64,000 nt of DNA from Paramoeba atlantica (Eukaryota > Protista > Discosea): assembly GCA_977017575.1 (NCBI GenBank), contig CDRNVI010000047.1, positions 299,952-363,951 of the forward strand. Reading direction: 5' to 3'. Position 1 is the first letter of the stretch. The number at the start of each line of letters is the position of its first letter. The notes beneath the pieces were generated by a model. It had not been told where the DNA came from. It worked only from the letters and a program-made list of their open reading frames with translations, and ran no database searches. The position numbers were made by a program, and so were the translations under genes. Below are positions 1 to 10,669 of the stretch, piece after piece.

Positions 1-229
1 TGCTTTGCAACGTATGGTCTTGTGTTGATAGTTCCTGGGCAGAGATTTCACACATTTTTTTCAAAATGTCGCCCTATTTTATCAAAAGAGAAAAAATCAG
101 AAGCGAGTTCCCTCAAGAACTTCCCGTGGCGTTTTGAGCGTGCGGTCCTACTCGTCACCAGGGAAGACGAAGGAAATCCACAGGATGCTTTTTGTGGCGG
201 ACTACGAGAAAACTAACTCATATTCTAGC

Positions 230-345
230 ACAGCCCAAAATTTTGGGGTCCACGAGGGAACTGTTAAGCTCTAGGTGGAGCGCTACAAGGCCACTGGTGA
301 CGTGATCAGTCCGTCTCCTAAGCGTTTGCCTAGGGTTGACACCCT
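230..345 (+). pseudogene. Degenerate N-terminal HTH fragment of an IS630/Tc1/mariner-like transposase
   Basis: Manual translation TAQNFGVHEGTVKL*VERYKATGDVISPSPKRLPR fits the Tc1/IS630 HTH pattern, with the usual Trp codon changed to TAG. No DDE domain is visible. Confidence 0.45.
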
Positions 346-1060
346 TGTATGTCATGGGAATCCCATAATTATGGGCGACAAAGAATCATACTCAGATATT
401 ACAAGTGACCTGAATAAGTAGCGCCAAGCAGTTTCGGAGGTACTTAAAAAAATGTCGTGTCTGATATTGGAGCTCATGCAAGTGTGACTGGCACTGGCTG
501 GCACAGATTGACACTGGCTGGCACAGAATTTTTTATTTTATCACCCCATGTTGAGTCACAGGCCACAAAAAAAACACGTTCCGCCAGTCAACCATTTCCG
601 GTCCCCTAGAAAAATGGCCGTTGTGGCTTGCACTGGCTGGCACAAGTTGGCACTGGCTTGCTGTGGCGGTGTGCATGAGGTCCATTGCATCACCAGACCA
701 CGCGAAAGCATGGACCGCTGGATTCCATTTGTAGTCCTTGCACGAGGTGTATTCCAAATAGTGATTGCGAAAAGCGGACCAGAGCACCGAAGAGATTATT
801 CGCCTCTTAAACAATTCTGATTCGTTCGCCTTCCTCAGGGTGTCATCGGGTAAAGTGAACATAGAGAGGAGAAATTCACGACAAACTGAACACTGATTTA
901 TTTCTATTTTTTGACGTTACAGCAATTCTCCGTCGCAGAATGACAATTTTCGGCATTGAAAAGCGTCTACGCTTAATCATAAAAAATCCTGCTCCCCTCT
1001 ACGAAACTATTTTTTACCATCGAATCCCATACTTATTTCCCCCCTCTCTCTCCCCTCTTC

Positions 1061-2494
1061 ATGTGGCGTCTCCTCTCCCCCTTCCTTTCCCGCTCCTCCA
1101 ATGCCCACAAATCGAACGCCCGTCCTCGAGATCCCTGGCATGTCCGCTTACGTTTTCCCGTCTACCTGTGCTCTACTGCGGTCATGAGCTTTGGTACTCT
1201 CTACGCTGTGCGACAAGCCCATATTCACCTGTTTGATACCACTGGGCACGTGAGCCCAGGAAACCTTCACCGCGCGGTAACCACTCAGCTACAACAGAGA
1301 GTGATGCAACAAGGAGGAAAAGAGAAAGGAGAAGAAATAGAAAAAGGAGAAGAAAATAAAAAACAAGCTGCTGTTTCGTATGCCGATCTTTGGGAACTTC
1401 TTCTTTGGCATGCTCTCACGACACCTTCTGGAAAATTTGACAACACTTTGTTTTCTCGGAGTGATGTTCCGTGTAGGTGGGAGGAAGCTCGGCGAGTGCT
1501 ACGTAAGGTTGTGGAAAATGCGGATCAACGCTCTTCGTGGGCACGTCTGTATCGTTTCTCTAAGCCTGTCTCAGAATCGGATTTGTTGGCGCTGGCCGCG
1601 TGTGTGGTTCTGGAGGAGCTCGGCGGTCCCTCCCTGAAGCCACTGTTTGGGAGAAAAGATTGCAATAGCACGGAAATGACGGCATCATTTGAAGAATCGT
1701 GGCAAGATCATAGTTGCCGTTTTTATCGTTCCATATGTAGTTATTTGCCCACTCGCTCTTCTGGGCGCTTGTCGGAAGAGGCTCGAGAACATGTATTGGT
1801 GAATCAGAATCCTTTTTTACGTGATATGACTTTTGTTTGGAAGGTAATTGCGGTAGTTACCGATTCTAGACGTTACGTTTCGAGATCTCCTCCGCTCACC
1901 GTTGAAGAATTCCGGGTTCTTGTATTGAGACTACTCTTTCCAAAGTTTCATAACATTGCAGAAAAGTCGGTCACTACCTCACACGTGCCTTTGCCCCGCG
2001 TACTTCGTTCAGACACTTTATCCGTGCGTGATCTCGTCGCTCTTCTCGGGGGTTGTCGTATAATCAACTTTGCTCATACTTCTTCTTACGTCCCGAAGCT
2101 AATCGAGGAGAAGCGAAAGAATAAAACTGGAGAACTCCATGGTGCTTTTAGCAATCACTATTTTATGTGGCTCTGGAAAAAATCACGTCTTCTCGAAGAG
2201 TTTATTGGCCAGAGAACTCAACAGAATAGTACGAGCGAGTCCAAAATTTGGTCTGTCTGGCACGATAAACCTGGAAACCCTGAGTTCTTTTCGTTTTTGA
2301 AGAGTCAATCCCTTCAGTCGTCGCCTTACGGTGCTGAGCTTTTATTGCTCTCCTACGCCCTTCCACGTTCGTGGGTAGAAAAGTTTTCCAGAGATGAGGT
2401 GTCTTTTTTCGAATCTTTTGCTGCCGTGTTCGCTTCCCTACTGGCTCGGGGCATAGCCTCGGACTCCTTGGTTGAAGGATACATGAAGTACTAA
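1061..2494 (+). CDS. Hypothetical protein (477 aa), possible mitochondrial presequence
   Basis: Long uninterrupted ORF directly preceded by a polypyrimidine tract (1020-1060). The N-terminus MWRLLSPFLSRSS is Arg/Ser/Leu-rich with no acidic residues. No domain recognised. Confidence 0.75.
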   Translation: MWRLLSPFLSRSSNAHKSNARPRDPWHVRLRFPVYLCSTAVMSFGTLYAVRQAHIHLFDTTGHVSPGNLHRAVTTQLQQRVMQQGGKEKGEEIEKGEENKKQAAVSYADLWELLLWHALTTPSGKFDNTLFSRSDVPCRWEEARRVLRKVVENADQRSSWARLYRFSKPVSESDLLALAACVVLEELGGPSLKPLFGRKDCNSTEMTASFEESWQDHSCRFYRSICSYLPTRSSGRLSEEAREHVLVNQNPFLRDMTFVWKVIAVVTDSRRYVSRSPPLTVEEFRVLVLRLLFPKFHNIAEKSVTTSHVPLPRVLRSDTLSVRDLVALLGGCRIINFAHTSSYVPKLIEEKRKNKTGELHGAFSNHYFMWLWKKSRLLEEFIGQRTQQNSTSESKIWSVWHDKPGNPEFFSFLKSQSLQSSPYGAELLLLSYALPRSWVEKFSRDEVSFFESFAAVFASLLARGIASDSLVEGYMKY

Positions 2495-2831
2495 AGCTAA
2501 AACACCGTTTGTTGGAGTTCTATCCGTTGAGACGACAACAAAAAGAGTGGGACGTCAATTTTTTTGCCTTTCATTTTTCGGAGCTCTTTTTTAGCCAACA
2601 AGCCCTTTTGATAGTCCAGTGAAGGGATGTGGGTGACCCTCGCGAAACCTCGGTGAAACATAGTGAAACCTCGCTACCCGTAGCCCCTCATGTAGCCAAT
2701 GGTACATTTTTAGTTTCACGAATTTCATACTCTTTCTTGTAGACAAGGGTAGGGGTTAACATGGCTGTAGCACTATAACATGCCCCGCGGGCATGTTAGT
2801 CCCCCCTCCATAAGTAATTATGGAGTAATTA

Positions 2832-3737
2832 TTGCGGTGGTTGTAAAACTACCGCTCTACACTCGATTATTGAAAAAAAAGTGAACAAAAACAGTGAAAA
2901 TATAAAGGGGAACACAGTAATATAATAGAAGAAAAAAATATAAAAGGGGGCTCCGGTGGTCCAAAACTGAAAAAAAAATTTGAAAAAAATGGGGGGTCCA
3001 TGGGGGGGGTCCAGGGGGGGGGTCCAGGGGGGGGGGTATGGTCGAGCAAATTTTTTCGAAAAAATTAGTTTTCGAAAAAAAACCGCAGAAAGGGTAGCCG
3101 GGGTCTTGGCGCGCATTTTCCACCCCCCTACCCGGGGGTGACCCCCCCGCGTATCCGCAGGACGGGTCCGCCAAGTTCGGATTTTTTCGGAAAAAAAATT
3201 TTGAAAAAAATTTCAACTTGGCGAAAAAAATGACAAAAAAAATATTTTTCCAAAATCGTTTCCCCTATTGTATTTTGATAGTTTGGGACCTACACTAGCT
3301 TTCTACGCAGTTGTTTTCGCAAGGTATCACTTCTTCGAACTGTGGTGCGCCCCCCAAAATGACCCATTTTTGACTAAAAAAGGTGAAAAAGTATTTTTCG
3401 GACCTAAAGGGGCATTTTTGTGTCGAAAGAATGGTATGGTTGGAGTCGCATTCTCTACCCAATACGTTCGGTAGGCTTCCATTCATGCCTGCGAGTGATT
3501 TCCCACGCGCAAATGTCGGATTTAGTGTTCTGAGAGCAAAAATATGCGAAAATGACCCCATTTGTACCCGAAATTCGGCTATTTTTGGCTATAATCTTTC
3601 CGTTTTCCAGGCTAAATTTTCTTTTTTAGGCTCTTCGTTAAACGCGGCGGTAGTTTTCAACGCGAAGCGCGCAGCATGAGTGACTTCTAAGTTGAAAGCA
3701 ACCACCGCGTTTAACGAAGAGCCTAAAAAAGAAAATT
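2832..3737 (+). mobile_element. ~0.9-kb dispersed non-coding element, copy 1 (5' short stem-loop, internal G-tracts, 3' cruciform)
   Basis: Near-identical to 11167-12081 and 36857-37685. Starts TTGCGGTGGTTGTAAAACTACCGC and ends in 47-bp inverted arms (3615-3661 / 3691-3737) around a 29-nt spacer. Confidence 0.8.
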
Positions 3738-3833
3738 GTGTCTGTAATCTAATACTTTGTCAGTATGCACTCGCATAACACCGTTTTTCTCGCTCCATAA
3801 AAAATCATTTTTGTCTCTCACGCAATATATCAG

Positions 3834-4409
3834 ATGCCCTTCTCCGCCCTCTGCTCGGACCGCCCCCGTGGTTCGAAAGTTCGCGGTGCACCCATCCCAT
3901 CGGAATACAAACTTTTGGGATTCATTGCCAATATTTCAGATCCCCACCCCTCATGGTCGGACCACAACAAGGCGTTTCGGTGGCATGGAGTGTATTGCAC
4001 CTCTGGTGACATTACTACTGTAAATTGGGCCGGGATGCAAAAACAAGGCACACTCGGATGGCAGCATATTCCCCAAACTTTACTCTCTCTTACACTTAAC
4101 AACAACGCGTTCTACGGAACCGTCGATTGGGGATTTCTTCCTCCGAAATTGAGCGTGCTTGATTTGGCCAGCAATCGGTTCTCAGGCAGTGTGGACTGTG
4201 ACCTGCTGCCGAAAACGCTTGAGTATCTTTATTTGCCTCGAAATCTATTCAGTGGGGAGGTCGATTTCGTGGCGCTTTTTCGAGAACGATCTTTGATGTG
4301 TTTTGATCTCAGTGGGAATGCTGGTTTACGAGGGGAAATCGCCGTACATAGCATTCCATCAACGCTACGGTATTGGTTTACCACTGAAACAGAAATTAAA
4401 AGGGTCTAA
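3834..4409 (+). CDS. Leucine-rich repeat protein (191 aa)
   Basis: LRR N-cap (HPSWS..FRWHGVYC) followed by LxxLxLxxNxF(Y/S)GxVD repeats. Confidence 0.85.
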   Translation: MPFSALCSDRPRGSKVRGAPIPSEYKLLGFIANISDPHPSWSDHNKAFRWHGVYCTSGDITTVNWAGMQKQGTLGWQHIPQTLLSLTLNNNAFYGTVDWGFLPPKLSVLDLASNRFSGSVDCDLLPKTLEYLYLPRNLFSGEVDFVALFRERSLMCFDLSGNAGLRGEIAVHSIPSTLRYWFTTETEIKRV

Positions 4410-4623
4410 AGTGAAATGCTTTAAATACATAAATAGAGTAAGACGAAGTCTGTTTTCCTTTGATTGGGTTCCTTTTTTTCAGTTTTTTAATGTTGCTTTT
4501 TTTGCTTTCAAATAATTGCTTTTTCTTCTATCTTCAAGACCTACCGGTCGGAGTTTTTCATTCTTGAAAGCATAGTTGTTCTATTCCCATGCTTTTGAAT
4601 TTCTTTAAGATAGGCCCAATAGA

Positions 4624-4977
4624 ATGCCTCTTCCTCTGGTGTTTGCCTTCGTAGGTGTAGGGGTGGCGTTCTACCAGCTGCGTCGTGCGTTTCCCCATCT
4701 AGTTCACTCTTTGGGGAATTCGCCCAAATCGTTGCTTTCTCACCCGAGTGCAGTTGGATACAAAAGGTATTTCGGTCCCGGTTTTTTACCTACCATGAGT
4801 TTATCAGAGGCAAAACTCATTTTAGGTTTTTCTTCTGACGACTGCCCAACTACTGAGGAGATACGAAAAGCGCACCGTTCACTTGTTGCAATACATCACA
4901 CCGACTTGGGCGGTTCGGTATACCTAAACAAAAAGATGAATGAGGCCAGGGATAAATTACTACAGTCACAGAGGTGA
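4624..4977 (+). CDS. Small membrane-anchored J-domain protein, Pam18/Tim14-like (HPD changed to HTD)
   Basis: N-terminal hydrophobic segment, then F.PTMSLSEAKLILG..EIRKAHR.L..HHTDLGGS.YL..KMNEARD.L, matching the Pam18/DNAJC19 pattern. Confidence 0.8.
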   Translation: MPLPLVFAFVGVGVAFYQLRRAFPHLVHSLGNSPKSLLSHPSAVGYKRYFGPGFLPTMSLSEAKLILGFSSDDCPTTEEIRKAHRSLVAIHHTDLGGSVYLNKKMNEARDKLLQSQR

Positions 4978-5364
4978 CTTGTTTTGGAACTTAATTGAAC
5001 ACGGTCCCTAGGTAGGATTTGTTTTTTTATGCTCTCTTTTCTTGCCTTTAGGTGATCAGAGAGCGAGCAACTGTCACGTACTGTGATAGAAGCTCGTTGG
5101 GTGAGCTGATGTTTGTGCTCCCTACTTCGTATTCAAATGCACTATTGGTTCCACACGATGTAAAATACTTTCACGAAAGCGTTTATCATTTATCACGAAA
5201 GCGTTTTTGTCCCCCGAGCCCCTAGTTCGGCTGGGTACAGTCTACATGTGCTAGGTACTGCCCACATACTTTCCGATATGAATCAACTCATTTTTTGTCA
5301 CTCTGCATCATAGATTTATCTTTACCGATGCAAATAGCGTGTCGTCTACGCCACTAAAATATCT

Positions 5365-5997
5365 ATGAATACCTTTGATCCAGATGAGGTCTCCACGCTA
5401 GGGGGTGCCAGCACTGCCTCTCTCCCCCCGGAGTATCAACTCTCACAGTTGACGCAACACATCGAAAGCCCTCATCCCAGTTGGGAAACAAACACTCCCG
5501 CATGTGAGTGGAATGGAATCCTGTGTCACACGGGGGCGGAGAGACGTCGCATGTTACGATCCCTTCAGGATCTTTTTTATGAAGTCGATATTATTTCATG
5601 GCAACACCGCAATCTTCGCGGTGTGTTGAAATGGGAGCACCTCCCCGATACGCTTCGCGAAATTTTTCTAGCGGAAAATCGACTGACAGGGGAGTTGTCT
5701 CTGCGGCAGCTACCGGCGAATTTAGAAGTATTTGACGTGGCAGATAATCTTTTTTATGGAACGTTGCACTTTGCCGATATACCCACTACGGTGCGCTATT
5801 TTAGTGTAAAAAACAATGCATTTAGAGGTCCTGTTGTGTTGTCACAGCTTCTGGGGAGTGTAGAGTATTTTAGTGTAGACGGAAATCCAGCTCTAAGGTT
5901 CGTGGACTCTGACCAAAGGCCACAATGCAAAACAGAACTTGCTTTTGACCGTGACTGTTTCCGACGCTGTGAATCAAAGGAGTGTTCAGTCATGTGA
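5365..5997 (+). CDS. Leucine-rich repeat protein (210 aa)
   Basis: Same N-cap (HPSWE..CEWNGILC) and LRR units (LREIFLAENRLTG, LEVFDVADNLFYG) as the neighbouring LRR genes. Confidence 0.85.
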   Translation: MNTFDPDEVSTLGGASTASLPPEYQLSQLTQHIESPHPSWETNTPACEWNGILCHTGAERRRMLRSLQDLFYEVDIISWQHRNLRGVLKWEHLPDTLREIFLAENRLTGELSLRQLPANLEVFDVADNLFYGTLHFADIPTTVRYFSVKNNAFRGPVVLSQLLGSVEYFSVDGNPALRFVDSDQRPQCKTELAFDRDCFRRCESKECSVM

Positions 5998-6470
5998 TCG
6001 CGTAGTTCGTTTTGTCGTCAAACATAAAAAAATGGCACTGCTTCGAAAGTACCTTTCGGGATAGCATGGTGCGTTCCCAGTCCTGAACTGTTCTCACTGC
6101 TTTCTTTTTTACGTCCTTTGAGTTCCTGTGAAACTTTACGCGATCGACAAAAACTTTGAATCCTACTAAAGGTTGTTGAAATGAAGTGTACCCTCTACAA
6201 AATCTCACCGCATCTCACATCCTCTTCCTTGTCCCCATTTTCCTCCTTCTCTTTGCAAAAATCAACCTTTCAAAAAATAACTTTAAAGTTATGTTTTATT
6301 TTAGTAAAAGTTTCACAAAAAGGATAGAAACAAAAGGATTAAATTCTACAACCCATTTCAAATCAACACAAACCCTACAACACCTAAACCCAAAAAACTC
6401 AACTTTATATCATAAAAAAACCATTTTCTTCACCACCCTTCCCTTCCCTCATCCCTCTCCCCCCCATCCC

Positions 6471-8525
6471 ATGTTCCACCCTCTCCGGCGTCTCCTCCAC
6501 ACCCTCTCCCCCACCCCCACCCCCTCCTCCTTCCTCAAGTCCCCCCCGCGTCCCCTTCTCACCGCCCCCGCCCCCGCCCCCTCCCCCCTTCTCTCGCGCC
6601 CCCACTTCCGCAACCTCGCGGTCATCGCCCACGTCGACCACGGCAAGACGACCCTGGTGGACGCCATGCTGCGCCACAGCGGTACCCTCCGGGAGGCCCG
6701 CAACCGCGTGATGGACAGCAAGGACCAGGAGAGGGAGCGCGGGATCACGATCCTGGCGAAACACACCAGTTTGTTGCTGCCCGCACTCCCGGGGGGGAGG
6801 GGGGAGGGGGGGAGGGGTGTGACGTCGGTTTCGTCGATTTCTTCTTCTTCTTGTTCTTCCGTGAGTCATGTTGAAAATCGAATTAATCTTGTGGATACGC
6901 CTGGACATTTAGATTTTGGTGGGGAAGTTGAACGTGCGCTTCAAATGGTTGAGGGGTTTCTTCTTCTTGTGGATGCTCATGAGGGGGTGAAGCCCGGGAC
7001 ACGGTATGTGTTACGCAAGGCCCTGGACTTGAGGTTAAAGCCGATTGTGGTGTTTAATAAAATGGATATGGAGGACTGTGACATTGCCAAGGCCGAGAAC
7101 CAGGTTCAGGATCTGATTCTGGATTTAGCGACGGATGCGGACCAGCTGGATCTCACCATGCTGTACGGCTCCGGACGTGCAGGGTACATGAATACGACAC
7201 CGGAGGAGAACGGGGGGAAGGGAACTCTCCAACCGCTTTTTGACGCGATTTATGACGTGATCCCACCCCCGACGGACACTGCCAAGGACGCCCCGCTTCG
7301 TATGCTGGTTGGAAATGTGGACGTGCTTCCTGATGGGACACGTCTGGCGATTGGTCGTGTGTTCGCTGGAAGTTTAGTTGTGAAACAAATCATCACCGTT
7401 GTGCTTGGCGACCTTCAAGAAAAAGCCCAAGTCAAGAAAATTGAGGTGTATCGTGGAGTAGAGCGCATTGAGGTCCCGAATGTGGGTTTTGGTGACATCG
7501 CAATCGTCCATCTCACGGAGCCGAAAGGGAAGTCACTCCCTCTTGAAATTGGCGCCACGCTGTGTCACGAGGAACACATCGTACCCTGGCCTTATGTCAA
7601 ACCCGAGGACCCTACCTACACCCTTATTCTCCGCGAGATGGGGGCCTCCTGGAAGGAAACCGAGATTAAGGATAAGGATAAATCACGATTTATGAATCTA
7701 CGCAAATACCTCCAGCGGGAGGCCATGAACAACACCGCACTGCGTCTCGCAGAGCTCCCCGGTACTTCGAATGCGATCCAACTCCAAGGTCGGGGACTTC
7801 TCCATATTGGTGTCCTGCTCGAGGACATGCGCCGTGCCGGGTATGAGTTTGAACTACAGGCCCCGGACACGGTTACAAAGGTAATCAATGGGACCACCCA
7901 TGAACCTTTTGAGCGTCTTTCCCTAGAGTTTAAAGTCGAGCACTTGGCAGCTATCACCCAGCTGCTTACCTCACGACATGCAGAACTCGGGGAAACAGAG
8001 GTGATTCGTGGGGATCGTGTCGTGCAACACTGTGAGATTGCCACACGACTTTTGGGAGATTTAAACCTCCGGGTGCTACGGCTCACGGCGGGGGATGCGG
8101 TTGTGCAAACTGAAGTTGCGGAGTACCGTCCGTGTTTAAAAAACGCCACCACGAGACGAGCCACCCATGCGTTGGTCTCGGTCGATCACGGAACGACCAC
8201 AAACTACGCTTTGAGTTTAAATAAAGAACATGGGGTGTTTTTTGTTGGGTCCGGGACGGCCGTGTTTTATGGTCAAGTGATTGGGGAGACCACAGCGAAA
8301 CAAACCACCGATCTGCCGTTAAATGTTACCAAGGAAAAAGAGCTGACGAATTTCCGTGCGAATGCTATGGATGCTGCGAGACGTACGCAAGTGGGGTTTC
8401 GGTACGAGGAGAAGAGTCTGGAGGAGGCGTTGAGTTGGATTACACCAGAGGAGCTCGTGGTGGTTACCCCGAAGAGCGTACGGATTCGAAAGTGTGTGTT
8501 TGATGGGAAAACGAGGAAAAGGTAA
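6471..8525 (+). CDS. typA: TypA/BipA translational GTPase with organellar-type presequence
   Basis: [39 protein letters not shown] and NKMD motifs, plus the BipA C-terminal [13 protein letters not shown]. Start placed at ATG 6471 ([10 protein letters not shown]) after a polypyrimidine tract; the ORF-track start at 6186 is an AT-rich non-coding extension. Confidence 0.92.
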   Translation: MFHPLRRLLHTLSPTPTPSSFLKSPPRPLLTAPAPAPSPLLSRPHFRNLAVIAHVDHGKTTLVDAMLRHSGTLREARNRVMDSKDQERERGITILAKHTSLLLPALPGGRGEGGRGVTSVSSISSSSCSSVSHVENRINLVDTPGHLDFGGEVERALQMVEGFLLLVDAHEGVKPGTRYVLRKALDLRLKPIVVFNKMDMEDCDIAKAENQVQDLILDLATDADQLDLTMLYGSGRAGYMNTTPEENGGKGTLQPLFDAIYDVIPPPTDTAKDAPLRMLVGNVDVLPDGTRLAIGRVFAGSLVVKQIITVVLGDLQEKAQVKKIEVYRGVERIEVPNVGFGDIAIVHLTEPKGKSLPLEIGATLCHEEHIVPWPYVKPEDPTYTLILREMGASWKETEIKDKDKSRFMNLRKYLQREAMNNTALRLAELPGTSNAIQLQGRGLLHIGVLLEDMRRAGYEFELQAPDTVTKVINGTTHEPFERLSLEFKVEHLAAITQLLTSRHAELGETEVIRGDRVVQHCEIATRLLGDLNLRVLRLTAGDAVVQTEVAEYRPCLKNATTRRATHALVSVDHGTTTNYALSLNKEHGVFFVGSGTAVFYGQVIGETTAKQTTDLPLNVTKEKELTNFRANAMDAARRTQVGFRYEEKSLEEALSWITPEELVVVTPKSVRIRKCVFDGKTRKR

Positions 8526-8859
8526 GAAAAGGGGCAGGGAGGCGTGTGTGAGAAAAGGATAGAATATGTAGAGCTTTTTCTTGCATGTTTTCCTTTCTTA
8601 CACACGCGTACAACGTGTGAAGAGTGTTCAAGATGTCGATCTGCAATTACAGATCTGGAATACATCGTTGCGCGTCAAGTTCTGTCTCCATCATGCGTTT
8701 CTCTTTCCTTCTTCCACACACAAAAAGTTTAATCTGTTTCCCCCTTCTACTGCTTTCCTTTCATCTTTTTATTTCTTCATTTTCTCCCTTTCCAACCCTT
8801 CCCGTCCTATCCCTTTTCTTCCTTCCCTACCTTCCCTCCACTCCCCCTCCCATGGTTCC

Positions 8860-9882
8860 ATGATCCCCCTTTTCCTCCTCATCCTCCTCATCTCATTTCC
8901 CACCCTTTCCCCTTCCACACCCACCCCCTTACACGCTCATGACCCCTTGTCGAGCTCCAAACCTCTCTCCAAGACATCCCCTCTCCCAACCCCAACCCCC
9001 CTCCTCGCTTCCTCCCACCCCCTTGAGTCGATGCTCTCCTTGATTGCCCCGATCAAAGCCCCCCACCCTAGCTGGAACGCCTCCCATCCCCTCTCCCACT
9101 GGTACGGTGTGAAATGCAATGAGCTCGGACACCCTCTAGAGCTTCGCTGGGCTGGGCTTTCGGTTTTAGGAGAGCTGAACTGGCGATTCCTGCCCCTATC
9201 GGTGGTGCGAATTAATTTACACCGCACCCACCTTCGGGGGGAGGTCGTGCTCGACCCCTCCCACCTCGCTTTGGAGGCCATAAAGATTGGGGGGAATGAG
9301 TTTACCGGTTCGTTTCCGTTTCAGACACTCCCCCCAGGGCTACGGCATTTAGATATTGGGTTAAATCGTTTTCAAGGCGTTGTGGATCTTAGTGCGCTCC
9401 CTATGGGGTTGGAGTTTTTATATTGTCACCAGAATACTTTTTCCGGAGGAGTGTACTTGAGTTTGCTTCCCGTGTGTCTAAAACGGTTGTTGTTGAACGG
9501 AAATTTGTTTATCGGGCCTGTGGATCTTCAAAGTCTCCCTCCGGCACTTCTCTCTCTTCATTTGCAGTCGAATAGTTTTACGGGAAAGGTAAATCTTCGA
9601 CACCTCCCCTCATGCATAATAGAGATTTTTCTACAGATGAATGCATTTTACGGGCGTCTAGATTTGTCGCTTCTGCCGTCTCGTCTGGAGGTTTTGCGAT
9701 TGGATCATAACCACTTTCGGGGAAGTATTAAGTTAGATTCTCTTCCTCGAAGTCTGAAAAAACTACATGTAGAAGGAAATCGACTTCATGGAAACGTACG
9801 TTTTTCTCAATTTCACTCCAGCCTCATAATTTCTATCTCTTCAAAGGAGAGGTCAAAAACAATGAATTCTAGTTCTTCATAA
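8860..9882 (+). CDS. Secreted/surface LRR protein (340 aa), copy 1
   Basis: Signal peptide MIPLFLLILLISFPTLS, Pro/Ser/Thr linker, N-cap, then about 9 LRRs. Near-identical to 17195-18217. Confidence 0.9.
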   Translation: MIPLFLLILLISFPTLSPSTPTPLHAHDPLSSSKPLSKTSPLPTPTPLLASSHPLESMLSLIAPIKAPHPSWNASHPLSHWYGVKCNELGHPLELRWAGLSVLGELNWRFLPLSVVRINLHRTHLRGEVVLDPSHLALEAIKIGGNEFTGSFPFQTLPPGLRHLDIGLNRFQGVVDLSALPMGLEFLYCHQNTFSGGVYLSLLPVCLKRLLLNGNLFIGPVDLQSLPPALLSLHLQSNSFTGKVNLRHLPSCIIEIFLQMNAFYGRLDLSLLPSRLEVLRLDHNHFRGSIKLDSLPRSLKKLHVEGNRLHGNVRFSQFHSSLIISISSKERSKTMNSSSS

Positions 9883-9892
9883 ACAAATGTTG

Positions 9893-10000
9893 TTTAGGCG
9901 CTTCGTTAAACGCGGTGGATGTTTTCAACTTAGAGGTCACCACTGCTGCGCGCTTCGCGTTGAAAACTACCGCCGCGTTTAGCGAAGGGACTAAAAAGAA
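9893..10000 (-). repeat. Cruciform repeat copy (reverse orientation)
   Basis: Inverted arms cttcgttaaacgcggtgg..ttttcaac / gttgaaaactaccgccgcgtttagcgaag around the reverse-complemented 29-nt spacer. Confidence 0.8.
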
Positions 10001-10190
10001 TCTCTGCAAAAGATCATGAATAGTTCATTTTTTGGGGGTGCAAATATCATTTTTACCGACTCTATAAACACGCTTGTCACCGGTCCCAAGCACGGAAGGT
10101 TAAGCATCATACAATGCTTAATCAGTGTGAGGGAAGAGCAATAACTCCTAAACCACTGTCCGGGTTAATATTACTATACCTTCGCATTAC

Positions 10191-10378
10191 AAAGGGCACC
10201 TTTGGAAAACCACCACAAAACTGGAACGGTATCTCCCGTTAGAGATCCTTTTGTCACATCAGAATGCTCTACAAATCGAGAGATACCGTTCCAGTTTCGA
10301 GGTGGTTTTCCAAAGGTGCCTTTAGTATCTCCCTCGTCCACTTTAGCCTGGATTACATAGCCATCAAAACATGCTCCC
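10191..10378. mobile_element. Long-TIR MITE family, copy 1 (one end truncated)
   Basis: Internal inverted repeat aaagggcacctttggaaaaccac..actggaacggtatctc / gagataccgttccagt..gtggttttccaaaggtgccttt. Homologous to 13551-13768 and 46208-46413. Confidence 0.65.
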
Positions 10379-10669
10379 TAGGACTCCTTACAGCTGCTCC
10401 TCCTTCCTCTACGGCCTCGCGTGTCACACACTTCCAGTTGAATGTTGACCAGCACAGGGTGAAGACGCATCGAATGAAACCAAAGCGTATACAGGTATAT
10501 CAGGCTCCAAACGCTCAAAACATAATTCTGTTCTCCGGGGGCCAAAACTATTTTTTTCCCAAGAACATCAGATTTCCCTGTGTTTTGACCTGGGATTTTG
10601 AATTCTTTAACAGTACGGGTTGTTTAGGTATCTTATCGAAAAAACGTCGCATTTTTAGTCTCTTCGCTA

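Noticed and set aside
2829-3679. Short Phe/Pro/Lys-rich ORFs inside the 0.9-kb repeats (also 10993-12035, 20029-21992, 36854-38448)
   Set aside because: They are translations of homopolymer-rich non-coding repeats, and their frames are not conserved between copies.
6186-6470. N-terminal extension of TypA (likewise 8581-8859 for the LRR gene and 22603-23040 / 52818-53255 for the RRM gene)
   Set aside because: Low-complexity AT- or pyrimidine-rich or repeat sequence with near-cognate starts; better ATGs with plausible N-termini lie downstream.
6405-8164. Antisense ORFs overlapping typA (and those overlapping the helicase, Rep and DUF4249 genes)
   Set aside because: Shadow ORFs of genuine coding sequence with no recognisable motifs.
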